The notes below the pieces were generated by a model, which was given only the letters and a program-made list of their open reading frames with translations, ran no database searches and was not told where the DNA came from. Shown in pieces: positions 26,806 to 39,564 of a DNA stretch of 64,000 nt (the first letter of the stretch is position 1; every line of letters starts with the position of its first letter). The position numbers were made by a program, and so were the translations under genes. Source of the DNA: Paragordius varius (lineage: Eukaryota > Animalia > Nematomorpha); NCBI GenBank assembly GCA_964247055.1, contig OZ176056.1, positions 2,542,001 through 2,606,000 on the forward strand. The letters run 5' to 3'.

Positions 26806-27582
26806 TATTTAGTGCTAAAAACCGGTTATCTGATTGTTTATTATTTAATTAGTCATTTTTAATTATCTCGAATCAATATTTTATGTTTTCTAGCACAAAA
26901 CTTTACCATTATACTAAGACGCTCTTTTATCTAATCCCCAATTTTATATTCCAGGTTTAAGAAAGATTATGTGATATTGAATTGCTTGTTAAAAAAGACT
27001 ATTTTTCCTTGCCATATTGATATTCAATTGTACATCTGATTTGCCCGTATAGCAATTGAATGATAGATCCAAAAGATATTTCGTAAATAGCGAATAATTT
27101 TTATATATTAAAAAATTTATACACGAATGATATGGACACAATAAACGAGATTTTCAACAAAATCAATAAAATATTTACACGTGTGGGGGCTCTTACAATT
27201 TTGACGACACATCTTGTAGAAAAATTCGCAGAATTAATACAAATAAAACGAGATGAAATAATATTTTTTTAAATGATTAACTATTTATTTCCTCTGATAG
27301 AATTACTGTAGCTATGCCTTTATCTGAGGATAACATAATTATTTCAGGGTCATTTATAGCATTTTTAAAGGCTTTATATTGTTCTTTTATGTAATTGGGT
27401 TGAGGTAGCTTTTGATATGACTTGTTTCGATTCTAACAATATCGGCTTGGGACTGTGGTATGTTACGGATACTATTTTCTATCTCGGTTATTATTGTTTC
27501 TTTGGGGATGCAGTTAGGGGAAGTATAGTTTAAACCATAATTTAACATTGTTTTGAGATCATCGAAAATGGGTTTGTCAGAA

Positions 27583-29334
27583 CAGTGGCGTACCGAGCAT
27601 TTGCGGCGCCCGGATATAAAACTTTTATGGCGCCCTCCCCCCCCCTCTTTTTTAAAAGCCAATAAAACAATTTAGTAAAAAAAAACAAACGTTGTAACCT
27701 AAACACCATAGATAAGACAGCACAGTCATATAAATTTTAAATCTATTAAATATATATATTTATATGATAATAAATTTATTCATTTTTAAATACATAAATA
27801 TTCTAAATTCTCTAATATGGAAATCTATATATTTATAAAAATGGAAAATGCTGGCTTTGTGATCTGGTACAGGAAAACCGGTAGACCCAATCAAATCCAT
27901 ACATCGAAAAAATATAATCATTAATGAATGCCCCGACAATAGCTTCGCCTTTTTTTGAAATCGGCCCCCAGTTCAGGCCCACCCCGTGTGAAAAATGGGT
28001 TTTTTTGAAAATACAAGTCCACAAAAATCGTGTTTTGAGACAATTTTCCGGAGAACGTGTTGGACCATTCAATTTCAAATATGATTTATGTTTGCTTATT
28101 TTCGATTGCGCCGAACATAGTCGTCTCGCTTTTTTGATTTAAGCCCTCTTTTTACCCGCTCCCCCCGTAAAATGCCACCTTTTTCAAAAAACAAAGTCCA
28201 CAAAAATAATTTTTTAAATCTATTTTTTGCCCTAGGTGTGAGACCGTAAAATTCAATAAGGATTCCACGTATTCCCTGTTAAAAGGCAAAAGTTTTAGTG
28301 AAGCTTTTCTTTGATGATAGCTGCTGAGTAAGGAGCTACCCGCTAAAAACTGATTTGTCATATCGAAATAGCGTGCTTTTGGGGCTAAATTTCAGAATAT
28401 CAGGCCGTATGTCATTTACTGCTTAAAGTATTAACTGTAAAAAATCAAAAATTTTAGTCGAGCGGATAATTAGCTGTTAAATAGGCCCTTTACTCTCTAA
28501 AAAACGCGCTATAATTGAACTATTATTTAGTTTTGAAGCCATTCTTCCATAAACTATTAGGAATGTATAATTCCAGGTAAAAGACAAATTTTTTTATCCA
28601 ACTGCATTTTTATATTGTCCTCTGGGTAGGGGGCTACTCGCCTACAACTGCGGCATCATATCGATACATGCCTTTAGAGCCAAATTTCAGAAAACTTATA
28701 AGACTCTGTAATTCATTTTAAAATTTAGTGACGCATAACAAAATTGCTTATAAAATTAAAAATCCCCCCAGAAGTCCGAAGGACTTCCTGGGGCTGCGTA
28801 GCACCACGAGATTTAGGCTAGTTATATATAAAAATAATATTTTAGTTGCATTTGAATTGATCTTATGATAATGGCGAACAATAATGATTTAAAAAATAAT
28901 TGTAATTCTAAGCGAATTTTACAATACGATTTTAATAGAATTATAATGCAATATCTTAAGTAAAATATTAATTATATGAAGGATTTTTCACTTGCAAAGG
29001 AAAAAAGCAACTAAGAGAAAAAATAACTTTTATGTAAAAATTTTTCTGGCTTTTGATATTGCAAAATTATCTTATATATTATTAAAATCTATCATATTAA
29101 ATTTTTCTTTTACCACTCTCAACAATGTTAGTTCATTCTCGTTTTATGGTACTAATTAGGTAATAATAGAGTAAATATTTTAGGGATTATTACCTAAATT
29201 GCTGAAAAATCTCATTTAAAAGTTATTGTCATTTTTGCATAATTAAAATTTAATTTAAAAAATCATTTAGGCGCCCCTAAATAACGGCGCCCGGGGCATG
29301 ATGCACCCCCTTGCCCCCCCTCGGTACGCCCCTG
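27583..29334. mobile_element. hAT MITE family E carrying a nested Helitron
   Basis: TIRs CAGTGGCGTACCGAG and CTCGGTACGCCCCTG. Perfect 8-bp TSD TGTCAGAA. A shorter sister copy lies at 61543-61932. Confidence 0.92.
27824..28821 (+). mobile_element. Non-autonomous Helitron-type element (same family as 23939-25011)
   Basis: A|TCTATATA... start; hairpin CCCCAGAAGTCCGAAGGACTTCCTGGGG followed by CTAG|T. The sister MITE shows the empty site AATATGGAAA|TTATATAT at about 61772-61790. Confidence 0.9.
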
Positions 29335-30248
29335 TGTCAGAAAGATTGATCACTGTTTTTTCTAATATCTTGCTTGGTGGTGTTAGTTTAACAAAATATT
29401 GCCTTGAAAAATGCTATAAATGACCCCAAAATAATTGTGTTAATTATATCCTCATTCCCAATGCAATTAAATCCAATGTTTCATATATGATAGACTCCTA
29501 TACAGCAAGGCATAAAAGGGCTAGTAATTAGTAAATTTTAGTTTTGGCCTAATTAAGCAATAGCTGAGAGTTTTCTACAATATATATAGCACAGATCCTA
29601 ATTAACAATTTAAAAATCTGCGTTAGAACCCATTCTTCTTGAATTAAAAGATCAGTGGATTTAAAGTGAGGCCGCCCATCGACCGCTTGCTGTACTAAAA
29701 GTACCTTTTTATGTATCAGGATTATTCATTTAATTTTTGGGTTTACTTACTTGGGGTATAAAAAATTGCAAAAATTTTATCGAAGGTGTATGGCCCTCGA
29801 CGCAAAAGAAAAATACTTTATTTGGCTCGCTAAAACATTTTTATAGAGTGCCTCTCATCATATAAACCTTATTAATCAAGTTTGCCAGTGATTTTTTGGA
29901 GAAAGTCAATAAAATCACACACACACATATATACACCATTTAAAGCTCAAATTCCCCCTTAAATATCTGAAATCACCTTAAAACACACTTAAACATTTTA
30001 TTATCCTTAAAGAAATTAATCCCCTTAATATAAAATATGTGACAAAAATTAAAAATTATCTTTTTTTATATTTTTACTAAAATTTTGAAACAAATTATGC
30101 CTAAGAAAATATATTAACGCTAAAAACACAATTATGTTCAAAGGTAAATTTGTAATCAAGGGACAATAATGTTTGGTAAGTTGGAAATTAAAAGTAAAGT
30201 TAAAGTGCTCAAGGGTGAATTCGAAGTTTATAGTATATAATAAACTAA

Positions 30249-30535
30249 CAGTAAAAACTGAAATTATACGGACAAAACGTAAAAATATAAAGAGAAATAT
30301 TTTTCAAAAGGACGGCCATACTTTTTGAAATTAATTTTATAAAAATAACTTATGGTAATAAACCGCAAAATTTAAATTGATATGGATATCAGTAAAACAA
30401 TCAATTATATATTTTACAAATGTAGTTATAAATTTGTATAAGAAAAAATAAGATTTAAAAAGTATGGTTGTCTTTTAAAAAAAATATTTGTATTTATATT
30501 TATACACTTTGTCCGTATAATTTCGATTTTTACTG
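30249..30535. repeat. MITE family A copy
   Basis: CAGTAAAAACTGAAATTATACGGAC ... GTCCGTATAATTTCGATTTTTACTG. Confidence 0.85.
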
Positions 30536-31444
30536 TAAGTTTGGCAAATTAATGTTCCCATTTAACTTTTGAGCATATACCATTTACACCTCAAATTTAC
30601 CGTTAAACAATTTATTTTTACCCTTGAATAATTTAAATTCACCCTAAAAATAAATTTTTTGGGGGTAATCTAACAATTCATCATCAAATATGAATTATTA
30701 CTTAAAAGCATATATTATTTTTTTATGTTAATTTTAACCGAAATTTCATTTTTTGAATTATAAAAAAAATATAGATAATCTTAATAAACACATACTTTAT
30801 TTTAAGGTGAACTCAAATTGTTCAAGGGTGAAAATGTAAAAGGTATAAAATATGATATAAAAACAAACCCAAACAATTGCCTTGAAAAAATTAAAAGTTA
30901 AACTTTTACTAGGATTTAAAATGGAATATTTGACTGCCACTATTTAAACCCTTTATATTTTACTTGATCTTAATTTTCGAAATAAAATTATTAACGGTAG
31001 CTAAGATGGTAATAAAACAGACATGTTTTTCACAGTTTAACGCTATAGTATACCATTTACAGTTCAATGAACAATTCAGTTTCACCCTAAAAATAAATTG
31101 TGTTTTCGAAATAATATAACTCACTATTAATATGAAATATATGTTTATGGTATAGTTTATAATTTTTTCAGTATTGGTTATTTTTGATCCTAAAAAACAT
31201 ATATTTTATTTGAGGGTGAATTTGAATTTTTCAAGGTGTATTTGAATTGTTAAAGGGTGAAATTGAATTGTAAATGGTATATTTAAATGGGGATGATAAT
31301 TGTAATCTTGCCTAATACAAATTTCTATAAATGCAAAGTAATACATACACAATACTGAGTCTAGATTTTTTTGATATACTGCGCACCTTATAAAACAATC
31401 CATAAATACTCCTAAATCTATAGTATATATTTATTATATATGTG

Positions 31445-33157
31445 TCATAAATTTGACGGCAATGTTAAAGTTTGTTTTTCGGCTATTTTGGATTTTGTTG
31501 CAGAATTAACATTCGTAGTTTTGTGTTTAACGTTAAGTTTTTTAACAAGGGCCTTTTTCTTTTCAATATCCCGTTTCCAATCACCCAATTCCTCCATTTC
31601 TTTTTCCAAATCCTTTGAAAATCCAAAAATATATTTTTTAGTACGATAAATAGAAATTTTACAGCAGTTTTTATAATTAGAGATAAAAGTAAAAATAAAA
31701 TAAGTATATAATAAAGTATTTAGAAATATTTGGCAGTAAAATACGCAGCATTTAATTTGATTATGGTAAAATATTATAATCTTCAAAAAATATGTGATTT
31801 AATACCTCAATATCAGAAATTTCATAGTCGCTTCCCAAATCACTATCCATAACGAATTCACGATCATAAACGCTCTAAACATAAATTAATAACATTAAAA
31901 ATCAGTGCATAAAAATTTCTAATAGAAATATAATAAATTTGAAAGTTTTTGTTGCAAATAAGAAAAGAGATATTGGATTACAGTTAAATTACATAATTCA
32001 AAATATCGTAACGCAATCTTTAAAAAATATAAATCCCATTAATTTATAACTGCAACAATAGCATATTAATGCCAGTTTTTAAAAATTAGTTTTCTAAAAT
32101 TTCAAAATTTCATTACTTCTAAATCGGAATTTTCCTCTTCAACGTCTTGAATTTCAAGTTCTTTTTTGGGATCGGACAAGGCTTTATCGAAAGCGGAGAG
32201 CGGGAAAGAATATAACTCATTATACATTCCTGATTTAAGCCGTTGAATTAGTTCGTGTTCAATTTTGTTTTCAATGTTGGCCGCTTTTAGTGCTTTAACT
32301 TCCCTACGTTTTTCGCGGCGATCAATTTTTCGCCGCACTGGAATAATTTGTTTCCTAAGGAGGGCGAGATATATAATTAATTTTGATTTTTTACTAATTC
32401 AGAGTATAAATATAAAAAATATGAAAAAAATATTAATGCAATATTGAACCATATTAAGTATGTATTCTACGACCTATTATTGCATAATTTTATGAACATA
32501 GCTAGATTGTACAAAATCATTATTTCAAACTTCTAAGATATTACGTGATAATAAAATTCTTTTATTGCAGTTAATTTTAAATGAAATTGGTATATTCGAA
32601 ATTACCTAATAAATTTAGACATATCTTTCAATATTTATAAAATTAATTTAGAACAAAAAAACTTTAATAAATTTAATGCAATCCAACATACTCGAGAGGT
32701 GTAAGTTTTAATTTTTTGGTCCTGATTAAGTATTGGTGAATTTTCATCAAACGTTTTTTACAAGCTACGCGATTAAATTTTGGCCAATACATCAATTCAT
32801 GTTCAATTTGCTCGATTGCTTTTGATAGTTTTGGGGATAATTTGATTTTTTCCCAAAGCCGATTAAGAAAATGGGATCTTTCAATAGTTTTGGTGTAAAG
32901 ATAACATATACCTTAAAATATATATGGAATACAAACCATTATGTTCACGAATAGTGGCATATTGGGAATTAGCTAAAGGACATGATCGCTCATTACAAAC
33001 ACCTGTGCAATTATATTCATTTCGGCAAAATATTTGGGTTTTAGATCTAAATCATAAAATAAGAAAGTTACTGCAATCTGAATCCGCAATAGGGAGCTAA
33101 GGTTGTCCATGTTATCTACAAAAACGTTAAATCAAACTGTACCCTATCTTCCTGCAT
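31445..33157 (-). CDS. MAK16: MAK16 (60S ribosome biogenesis factor), 7 exons, about 287 aa
   Basis: Exons (minus strand): 33157-33143, 33115-33072, 33046-32937, 32911-32692, 32354-32117, 31874-31806, 31612-31445. Spliced protein contains MQEDRITW...[54 protein letters not shown] and [14 protein letters not shown], which are Mak16 hallmark motifs. The last exon is less certain. Confidence 0.93.
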
Positions 33158-33195
33158 GTACGACTGATTCGTATGAATGCACAAAAATTTGATCC

Positions 33196-33498
33196 ATGCT
33201 TTTAAAATTCAAATGTGAATTGGGAAAGAAACATATACTTATTGAGTTACAAGGAGATATTATATCAGATAATGAAGTTTACGAATTTCAACTCTTTTTT
33301 AAGGACGAGGTTGGATTTCAATTGTAACTTAATTAGAATATACCAATTTTAGTTATTGGAAACCACGTACTGATAGGAAAAACTGAAACGATAATTAATC
33401 CATTATGCATTTTGGATAATATGGAAAACGATAGTATTAAAATCTCAGATATCATACATACAAAATATATTTTTACAAATAAACCTTTATTCATGTAA
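33196..33498 (+). CDS. CTF8: CTF8 (Ctf18-RFC clamp loader subunit), 2 exons, 91 aa
   Basis: Exons 33196-33309 and 33337-33498, with a 27-nt intron that contains an in-frame TAA. Motifs ILIELQGDI, IPILVIGNHVLIGK and KYIFTNKP match the Ctf8 family (human ELQGEI, IPVLIVGHHILYGK, KILFKTRP, from recall). Confidence 0.85.
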
Positions 33499-33544
33499 TT
33501 TATTATTTTAAATAATGTATAAAAAGGGTATATAGTAATAAATA

Positions 33545-36500
33545 TCACAAGTCTTTTGAAAGTTGATTTAATACCCATGTCTTTTCCAAATCAATATGTT
33601 TATAATGTATTTCATTGTCTGGAAGACAGTTCTTCGTTGCATTTTCATCTAAATCATTTTTTGGGGGTAATTTTAATGCAGAAGTGCTCTTGGCACCATT
33701 GGTAGTCCTAAATAATTTTGTGCTCAAAATTTTATGCAAATTTGTCGTTAAATTTTTTTTCGGTTTCAGTATATTATTTGAAAAATTGGTTATGGGTAAG
33801 GTTTGGTTTATTGCAAGATTATTTTCCAAATTGTTGAGCAAGGTTACTTTACAGCTTTGAGCTGAAGCCGGGGTAGATGGACTTATTTCCGCTAATTTTT
33901 CGTCAAAGGTAAAAAATGTTTTATCACAATTCATCCATTTGCCATTGTGATGAAGGTAGGGGTTAGCGGAAAACGAAATTGGTTTCTGTGCTGTCGTTTT
34001 AAAATTTTCTTTGGTGGTTTCTTCTTGAAACAGCACAGTAGGCTCAAAATTAAATTTCATAGGTTTTGGTGTTTTTGGTTTATGTTGTCTTTCATCAATT
34101 GTTGTAAGCTGTTCAACTTCAATGTAATTTGGATATGTAGTAGGCTCATTCCCAATCGGTGTATGGTCAATATCGCTAACGTCGTATAAAACGATAGGCT
34201 TCCTACGGTCTAGCGTTTTATTCGCGTTATGCAACGCATTTTTCAGTGTGGGTAATGTAGCAGGCAGGTATACATTTTCAAATATACCGCTCTTCTTGCT
34301 GTTTTGATCATTCCAATCGCATGTACCGCTTGGTAAATGTGTGGAATAATATTCTTGGTTCAATTTCAAACCTGCAGAAGAATCCTGGGAATTTTGATTA
34401 ACCAATGATTTAGTAGCCCGTGAATAGGAGTCTGATGTTGAGGAAAGCGAGGAACTATAAATATACTTGCTGTAATCTGATAAGTGTTGGGCATCAAACG
34501 GTTGAAAATTTATGCAAAATTTTGTATTACTGTTCTGTTTAAGGATTTTATATTCATCCAAGGTTTTGGTATGATTATAACATGAAGACGTGGTTTGCGT
34601 CGCTAAATCTTTGGTGTGATCAGATGTTCGTTTGCTATTAATGGTATTTAACCACGACGTGTTGGTTATTATACTGCTATTCAAATTTATTGCATTCGTT
34701 TTTGTTGTTGATGCTTGGGTAAGATTTTCAAGAGATAAATATTTCCGCCATTTTTTAATTCTTCCATTGGTAATCGTCTGCCCTCGTCTCCTTGGAGGTA
34801 AACATGCAATATCATAATTCGGAGTAAAAATAGTATCGAATGAGTTTAAGGAACTGGTTGTTGGTAAGTTTCTATTAAACACCCCACTATTCGTATTTTT
34901 TGTTTCTGAATGCTGATGATGGTCATTAGAGGTAGACGGGATTGTTGAATGCCGTTTAAATATGCGCCATTTTTCATCCAAACTCCGGCTGGCCCAATAT
35001 TGTCTCAAGTTTCGGGTTGGGGAAGAAAACATACAACCTTTTTCTAAGGAGTAGGAATTGTTTTGATTTAGCGTTGATAAATTCTTTATCGTTGATTCTA
35101 TCGCTTGTTGATTGGGTGGGTAGGCAATAGGCGTAACTGGAACTGTATCTCCATTATTTTTATTATTATTGAAATTATTATCAGCATTATCATAATGATT
35201 GGAGTGATTAGTACTTTCTGCGTTATATTTTGTGCTGCTAGAACAGGGTATGCTCGTATTGCTGTAATCTTTTGAAAATGTCTTTGTCACAGTATCTGTA
35301 TATATAGCGTATATGTTATATATAAAGCAAATGATTAATTTATCTACAAATTAAGTTAAAAAAGATTGAAAAAAAGACAGGATTCAAACCTGGTGGTCTA
35401 GATATTTTGGTGGTCGTACTATCCGTATTTATGGTTGAAGCCTGAATTTTGAGATTCTTTATGTTTCGATGATGTTTTGTTCTTTGGACGTGTACCGCTC
35501 GATTGCCCTCAACATGACTTTTATTATTAACAGAAAGAAATGGTTGAGTCCCTTTAGCACCCTGAAGTAAAAGTTTTTCGGCTTTTTTCTCGTTAAATAT
35601 GTGTTGCAAATTAAGTTGAATCATTTCATAAATGCTAGTACAATTTTTGGTTCTACACATCATTTATATTAATAGAGCGTTTTAACGTTGGGATAGGTTA
35701 TTAGAAAAAATCTGTGTTTTTGTTAATTTTAATGAAGTTAATAATACTGAATCAATTTTCTCCTACGCATTGTAGACCATATCAAGAGTATTTATGATTA
35801 AAAATTAAAAAACCATAGCTACCAAAATAAAATATTTTATCTGGTCCTGAAACTTTTAGAGAGATAAAAAAACTAATCATTTTTGGATTTATAAGTTGTT
35901 AAGTAATAGGCAAAAACAAGATAATAAAGCAAAATGAAACTTAAATCTAAATTCCCCGGGGCCAGTTAAACAATGTTTCCCACACGCAAACCCAAACATA
36001 TCGTCTTCGGCCCCGTAACGCCGAATAAATATGAGTGGCCATCGAAATATTCTAAGTCCTTTGATTTTGTGGCGAACAGATGCATTCATTATAAGGTTTG
36101 GTCGAAACAGGGATGATGTACCATTCAAAGACTTGGAAAAAATCTCTAAACCGGATAAAATGGTTTGAATTTTAGTTTTGGACTCTGTTTGATTCGTTGA
36201 CTGAAGTGAAATTTTGGCTTGAGCTTGAGATTTGGACATTATATCTTTGGATTGGGCAGAAGAGTCATTTTGTGAACTTGGAATAAGCGGAATAAAATAT
36301 GTGATATAGTTGAGTTGGTGAATGAATTTATAATCGGTTTCACTATCATTTTCATATTCCAAGTAGAAAAATAAAAAATCGTGTGGAGTAATGCAAATAA
36401 AACCACGCGTTATGGTAAATCGCATAATGCTCCTTGGTTTATCGAACGGTTGTATATTATTTTTAAGATTTTTAGTTATATCACCATTTTGGATTTGATT

Positions 36501-36809
36501 GTTAACAATATGGATTTGATCTTTCATATCATCGCAAACGTTGGAAAATCCGACCATATGTTTAGAGATAAAAAATTTAAATGTATTCATGTAAAACTTT
36601 AAATAATCATTGTTTTTATTTTCTAGTTGTGACTGAAGATAACGCGCTTGTTCATCGGGATAAATGTGTTTCATCAAAAGCTCAATCAAATTTGAATTTT
36701 GTTTAGGTGGAAATATATTGTTTAATTTCAAAAACTTTTTGATGTACAGATTTCTCTGAAAACGAAAAAATGGATTTTCTTCAGGGGTATTTTTATTCAT
36801 AAACCCCAT
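33545..36809 (-). CDS. DOK/FRS2-family adaptor with an IRS-type PTB domain and a long Ser/Thr/Asn-rich tail, about 960 aa
   Basis: Exons 36809-35941, 35652-35390 and 35295-33545 splice in frame. RWPLIFIRRYGAEDDMFGFACGKHCLTGPGEFRFK|TKNCTSIYEMIQ matches the IRS-PTB signature (WP...RRYG....FSFE.GR.C.TG.G.F.F). The 5' start is not certain. Confidence 0.75.
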
Positions 36810-37899
36810 GTGATTTAATTCATGTAATAAAATACATATGAATTAAATTTATAGTAAAATATATTAATATAGAGGAGGGCTTCTAAAACTTTTGTAGTTT
36901 CCGACCCCATTTATGATTGCAAGTTTCTTAACGATCCATCAAAATATAAACGAAAAATAATAGTTTCTTCGAAATAACACTTAGAAATTTTGTTGATAAA
37001 ATTTATCAGGATTATTTCAGTTTTGAGAGATTGAGAAAAATAAATGTAGATTTTTTATAAACTTCTGTAACATTTTCTGATTTATAGTAAATTTATACAA
37101 GATACTAAATGGCCCTGTAACCCTTCAGTGTGGCCTAGTCTTACCGATTATTATTCTTAATTTGCACTAAATAGAGTTGATGGAGATAAAAAATAATAAT
37201 AAACTTAATAAAAGGAATGTCTTTAATTATTCTTTTACGGGTTTTTGCATAGGCTGAAATATTGTTTATTCGAAATTGACCATATTTTTTCTGTCCCTTA
37301 TGAAAGTTAATATTTAATATCATTGGATTTATTTTAAGATTCTAATATGAAATTTTGTTCATACAGCTGGGATCGAGGGATATAAAAAGTAAATCATTTT
37401 ACCCTTAAAGGAAAGAATGATATTATACAAATTTCCCAGAAATGATAACTGAACTCGTATGGCTTCTTATGTTTTTTGAAAATTAGCTCCAAAACTACGC
37501 CTATTTTGTATGGCGGCTCAGTTTTTAACCAATAGACCCCTACCCATAAACCTATACGGAAAAAGCGCTGACTTAAATTCTGTGCCCTTATAAGGAAAAT
37601 TTTCGGAATCATCTTTGATACCATCGTCTCATGGGTTATTCACTAAATAATCATTAAATGATGGCGCTTTAGGGCATAAAGGCATTAACGGCAAATAAAA
37701 GAACCTGACCTTAATTTTTATCTAGTTACGGGTAATAATGACTTTTAATGAACTCATATGGCTTCATAAATTTTTTGTAAATTAGCTCCAAAACAACGCA
37801 ATTTTATATAGTGGCGCAGTTTTAGCGGCTACCTGTTTAGCCAGCAGCCAATATTAAAAAAGCGCAAGACTAAAATTTTTTTCCTTTAAACAGAGAATA

Positions 37900-38309
37900 A
37901 CCCGGATCAGTGAATTTTAACGGTCTTATACCCTGCACAAAAAAATATTTAGTTTTTTTAAGAAAATGTCATTTTACGGAGGGTACGAGTAAAACGAGTG
38001 CCTAAATTAAAAAAGTAAGCCGAGTAGGTTCGGAGCAATCGAAAAAATGTAAAAACAATCATATTTGAAATCGTATGGTCCAGAACGTTTTCCGGAAGTT
38101 GTCTCAAAGACACGATTTTTCTGGACTTCTGATTTCAAAAAAGCCCGCTTCTTACGAGGGGTGGGCTCCTACCTTAAAAAAAGGGCGAAGCTATTGTCAG
38201 GGCATTTCTTAATGATTACATTTTTTTGACAATTGGATTTGAATGAGTCTACCGGTTTTCTGGAAACAGATCACAAAGCCAGCATTTTCTATTTTTATAA
38301 ATACATAGA
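37900..38309 (-). mobile_element. Diverged, 3'-truncated copy of the Helitron-type family
   Basis: Shares the 5' end (TCTATGTATTTATAAAAATAGAAAATGCTGGCTTTGTGATC) and one internal repeat unit with 23939-25011. Confidence 0.7.
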
Positions 38310-39564
38310 TTATAATAACGGGAATAGAAGTGCTGATATAAACAGTTTTTCCGAACCAGAAGATTTTATGATATATTTATCCACGATGAATGTTATCTTT
38401 CTTTATACCAATAATTTTACCAGTTAAAAAACTTTTTTTGTTAAATTGTATTTTTATCACTCACGACCCCATAATTTTGGTACGCGACCCCAAATGGGGT
38501 GGCGACCCATCATTTTAAAAAGCCCTGATATGGAGCATGTTCAATTTTGATTCAAAATACTATTATAAATATCACAAATTAACGTTTCTTTGATTCTTTA
38601 TACATCTAAATTTAAGAAGGTTTTCTGATGCGAGACTTAAACTGCTGAAATCTATTAGAATTCTGTCGCTTGATTAGGATCAAACTTAAAAACTATTATT
38701 CCAAGCGTACACGCTGTAAAGCATTAGCATCCAAGCCATTTTTACCTATTTTACTGGGCCTAAAGTTACATTCTAAAATCAGGGGAACTAGTATTGTTAT
38801 GAGATGACTATTAACACTTGGATGCAAAAAAATTATACAGTACCTCGAATCAAATAGATTTTGGGGACACTGTTTAAAATAAAATATTTTTAAAAAATAT
38901 TAAAAAAATATTGCAAACGATTAAAAAAACATTGATGCCCCGAAATATATTAAAATATTCATTTAAAATTACTTTTATTAATGTGAAGGTGCAAATTTTA
39001 CTAAAATAACATGTGTTTTAGCTAATAAAAATAAATACCCCTTTTTGGCTTATATTAACACTTGGATCAATACATTTTATCAGTATGATTCAAATTAGGG
39101 AAACTTGTGACACTAGGCCTGTATAAGATCAAATATTTGAAAAATATAGAATGAATTGAAACGATGGCAAAAGTTTACACTTACGATGCATCAAAAATTA
39201 AAGCGTATAAAAAATATCCTGATGAAAGCCTGTAGAAATATATACATTATGATAGGCAAGCTTTTGTTGGCCCTTAAGACTTCGATTCAAATTGAGGTAT
39301 CTAAATACCCCAGACTTATAAAATACTGAAGGAAACGGTTATAATTTATGCTTCTATCCTAATTAAAATTATATAAATAAGCCCAAATATCTAAATAAAA
39401 TTTTGTTTTGAAAAAAAGAGTTCCATGTCAAACTTCGACGCCATTTTATTTTATAAAATCTTTCCAAAATATCTCTTATGTAATTTTAAAGGAATCAAAG
39501 CCAAATTTAAATTACATCTAACATTGATAGAAATAGAAAAAGTGGTTTTTGTAATATTTTTTAA

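Larger units (their letters stand above)
27290..29460 (-). pseudogene. Penelope-like retroelement ORF remnant, split by nested insertions
   Basis: After removing the 27583-29334 insertion, the minus strand reads TVINL(S)DKPIFDDLKTMLNYGLNY...IITEIENSIRNIP..ADIVRIE...NDPEIIMLSSDKGIATVIL. This resembles the region upstream of Penelope-like RT (ADKG motif). The family assignment is from recall. Confidence 0.6.

Noticed and set aside
27324-29454. ~50-bp inverted repeat as the TIRs of a large DNA transposon
   Set aside because: The repeat is coding sequence of the Penelope-like ORF, which continues beyond it, and there is no TSD.
31445-33498. Ciliate origin with TAA/TAG read as Gln, suggested by the ~25-nt introns
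   Set aside because: Conserved genes use CAA/CAG for Gln and end in TAA or TGA at the expected positions. The PTB adaptor and the transposon families point to an animal.
33615-34817. Plus-strand ORFs 33615, 33947 and 34632, and other antisense ORFs (10122, 10482, 31440, 45370, 46408, 52443, 52860)
   Set aside because: Shadow frames opposite or overlapping real coding sequence.
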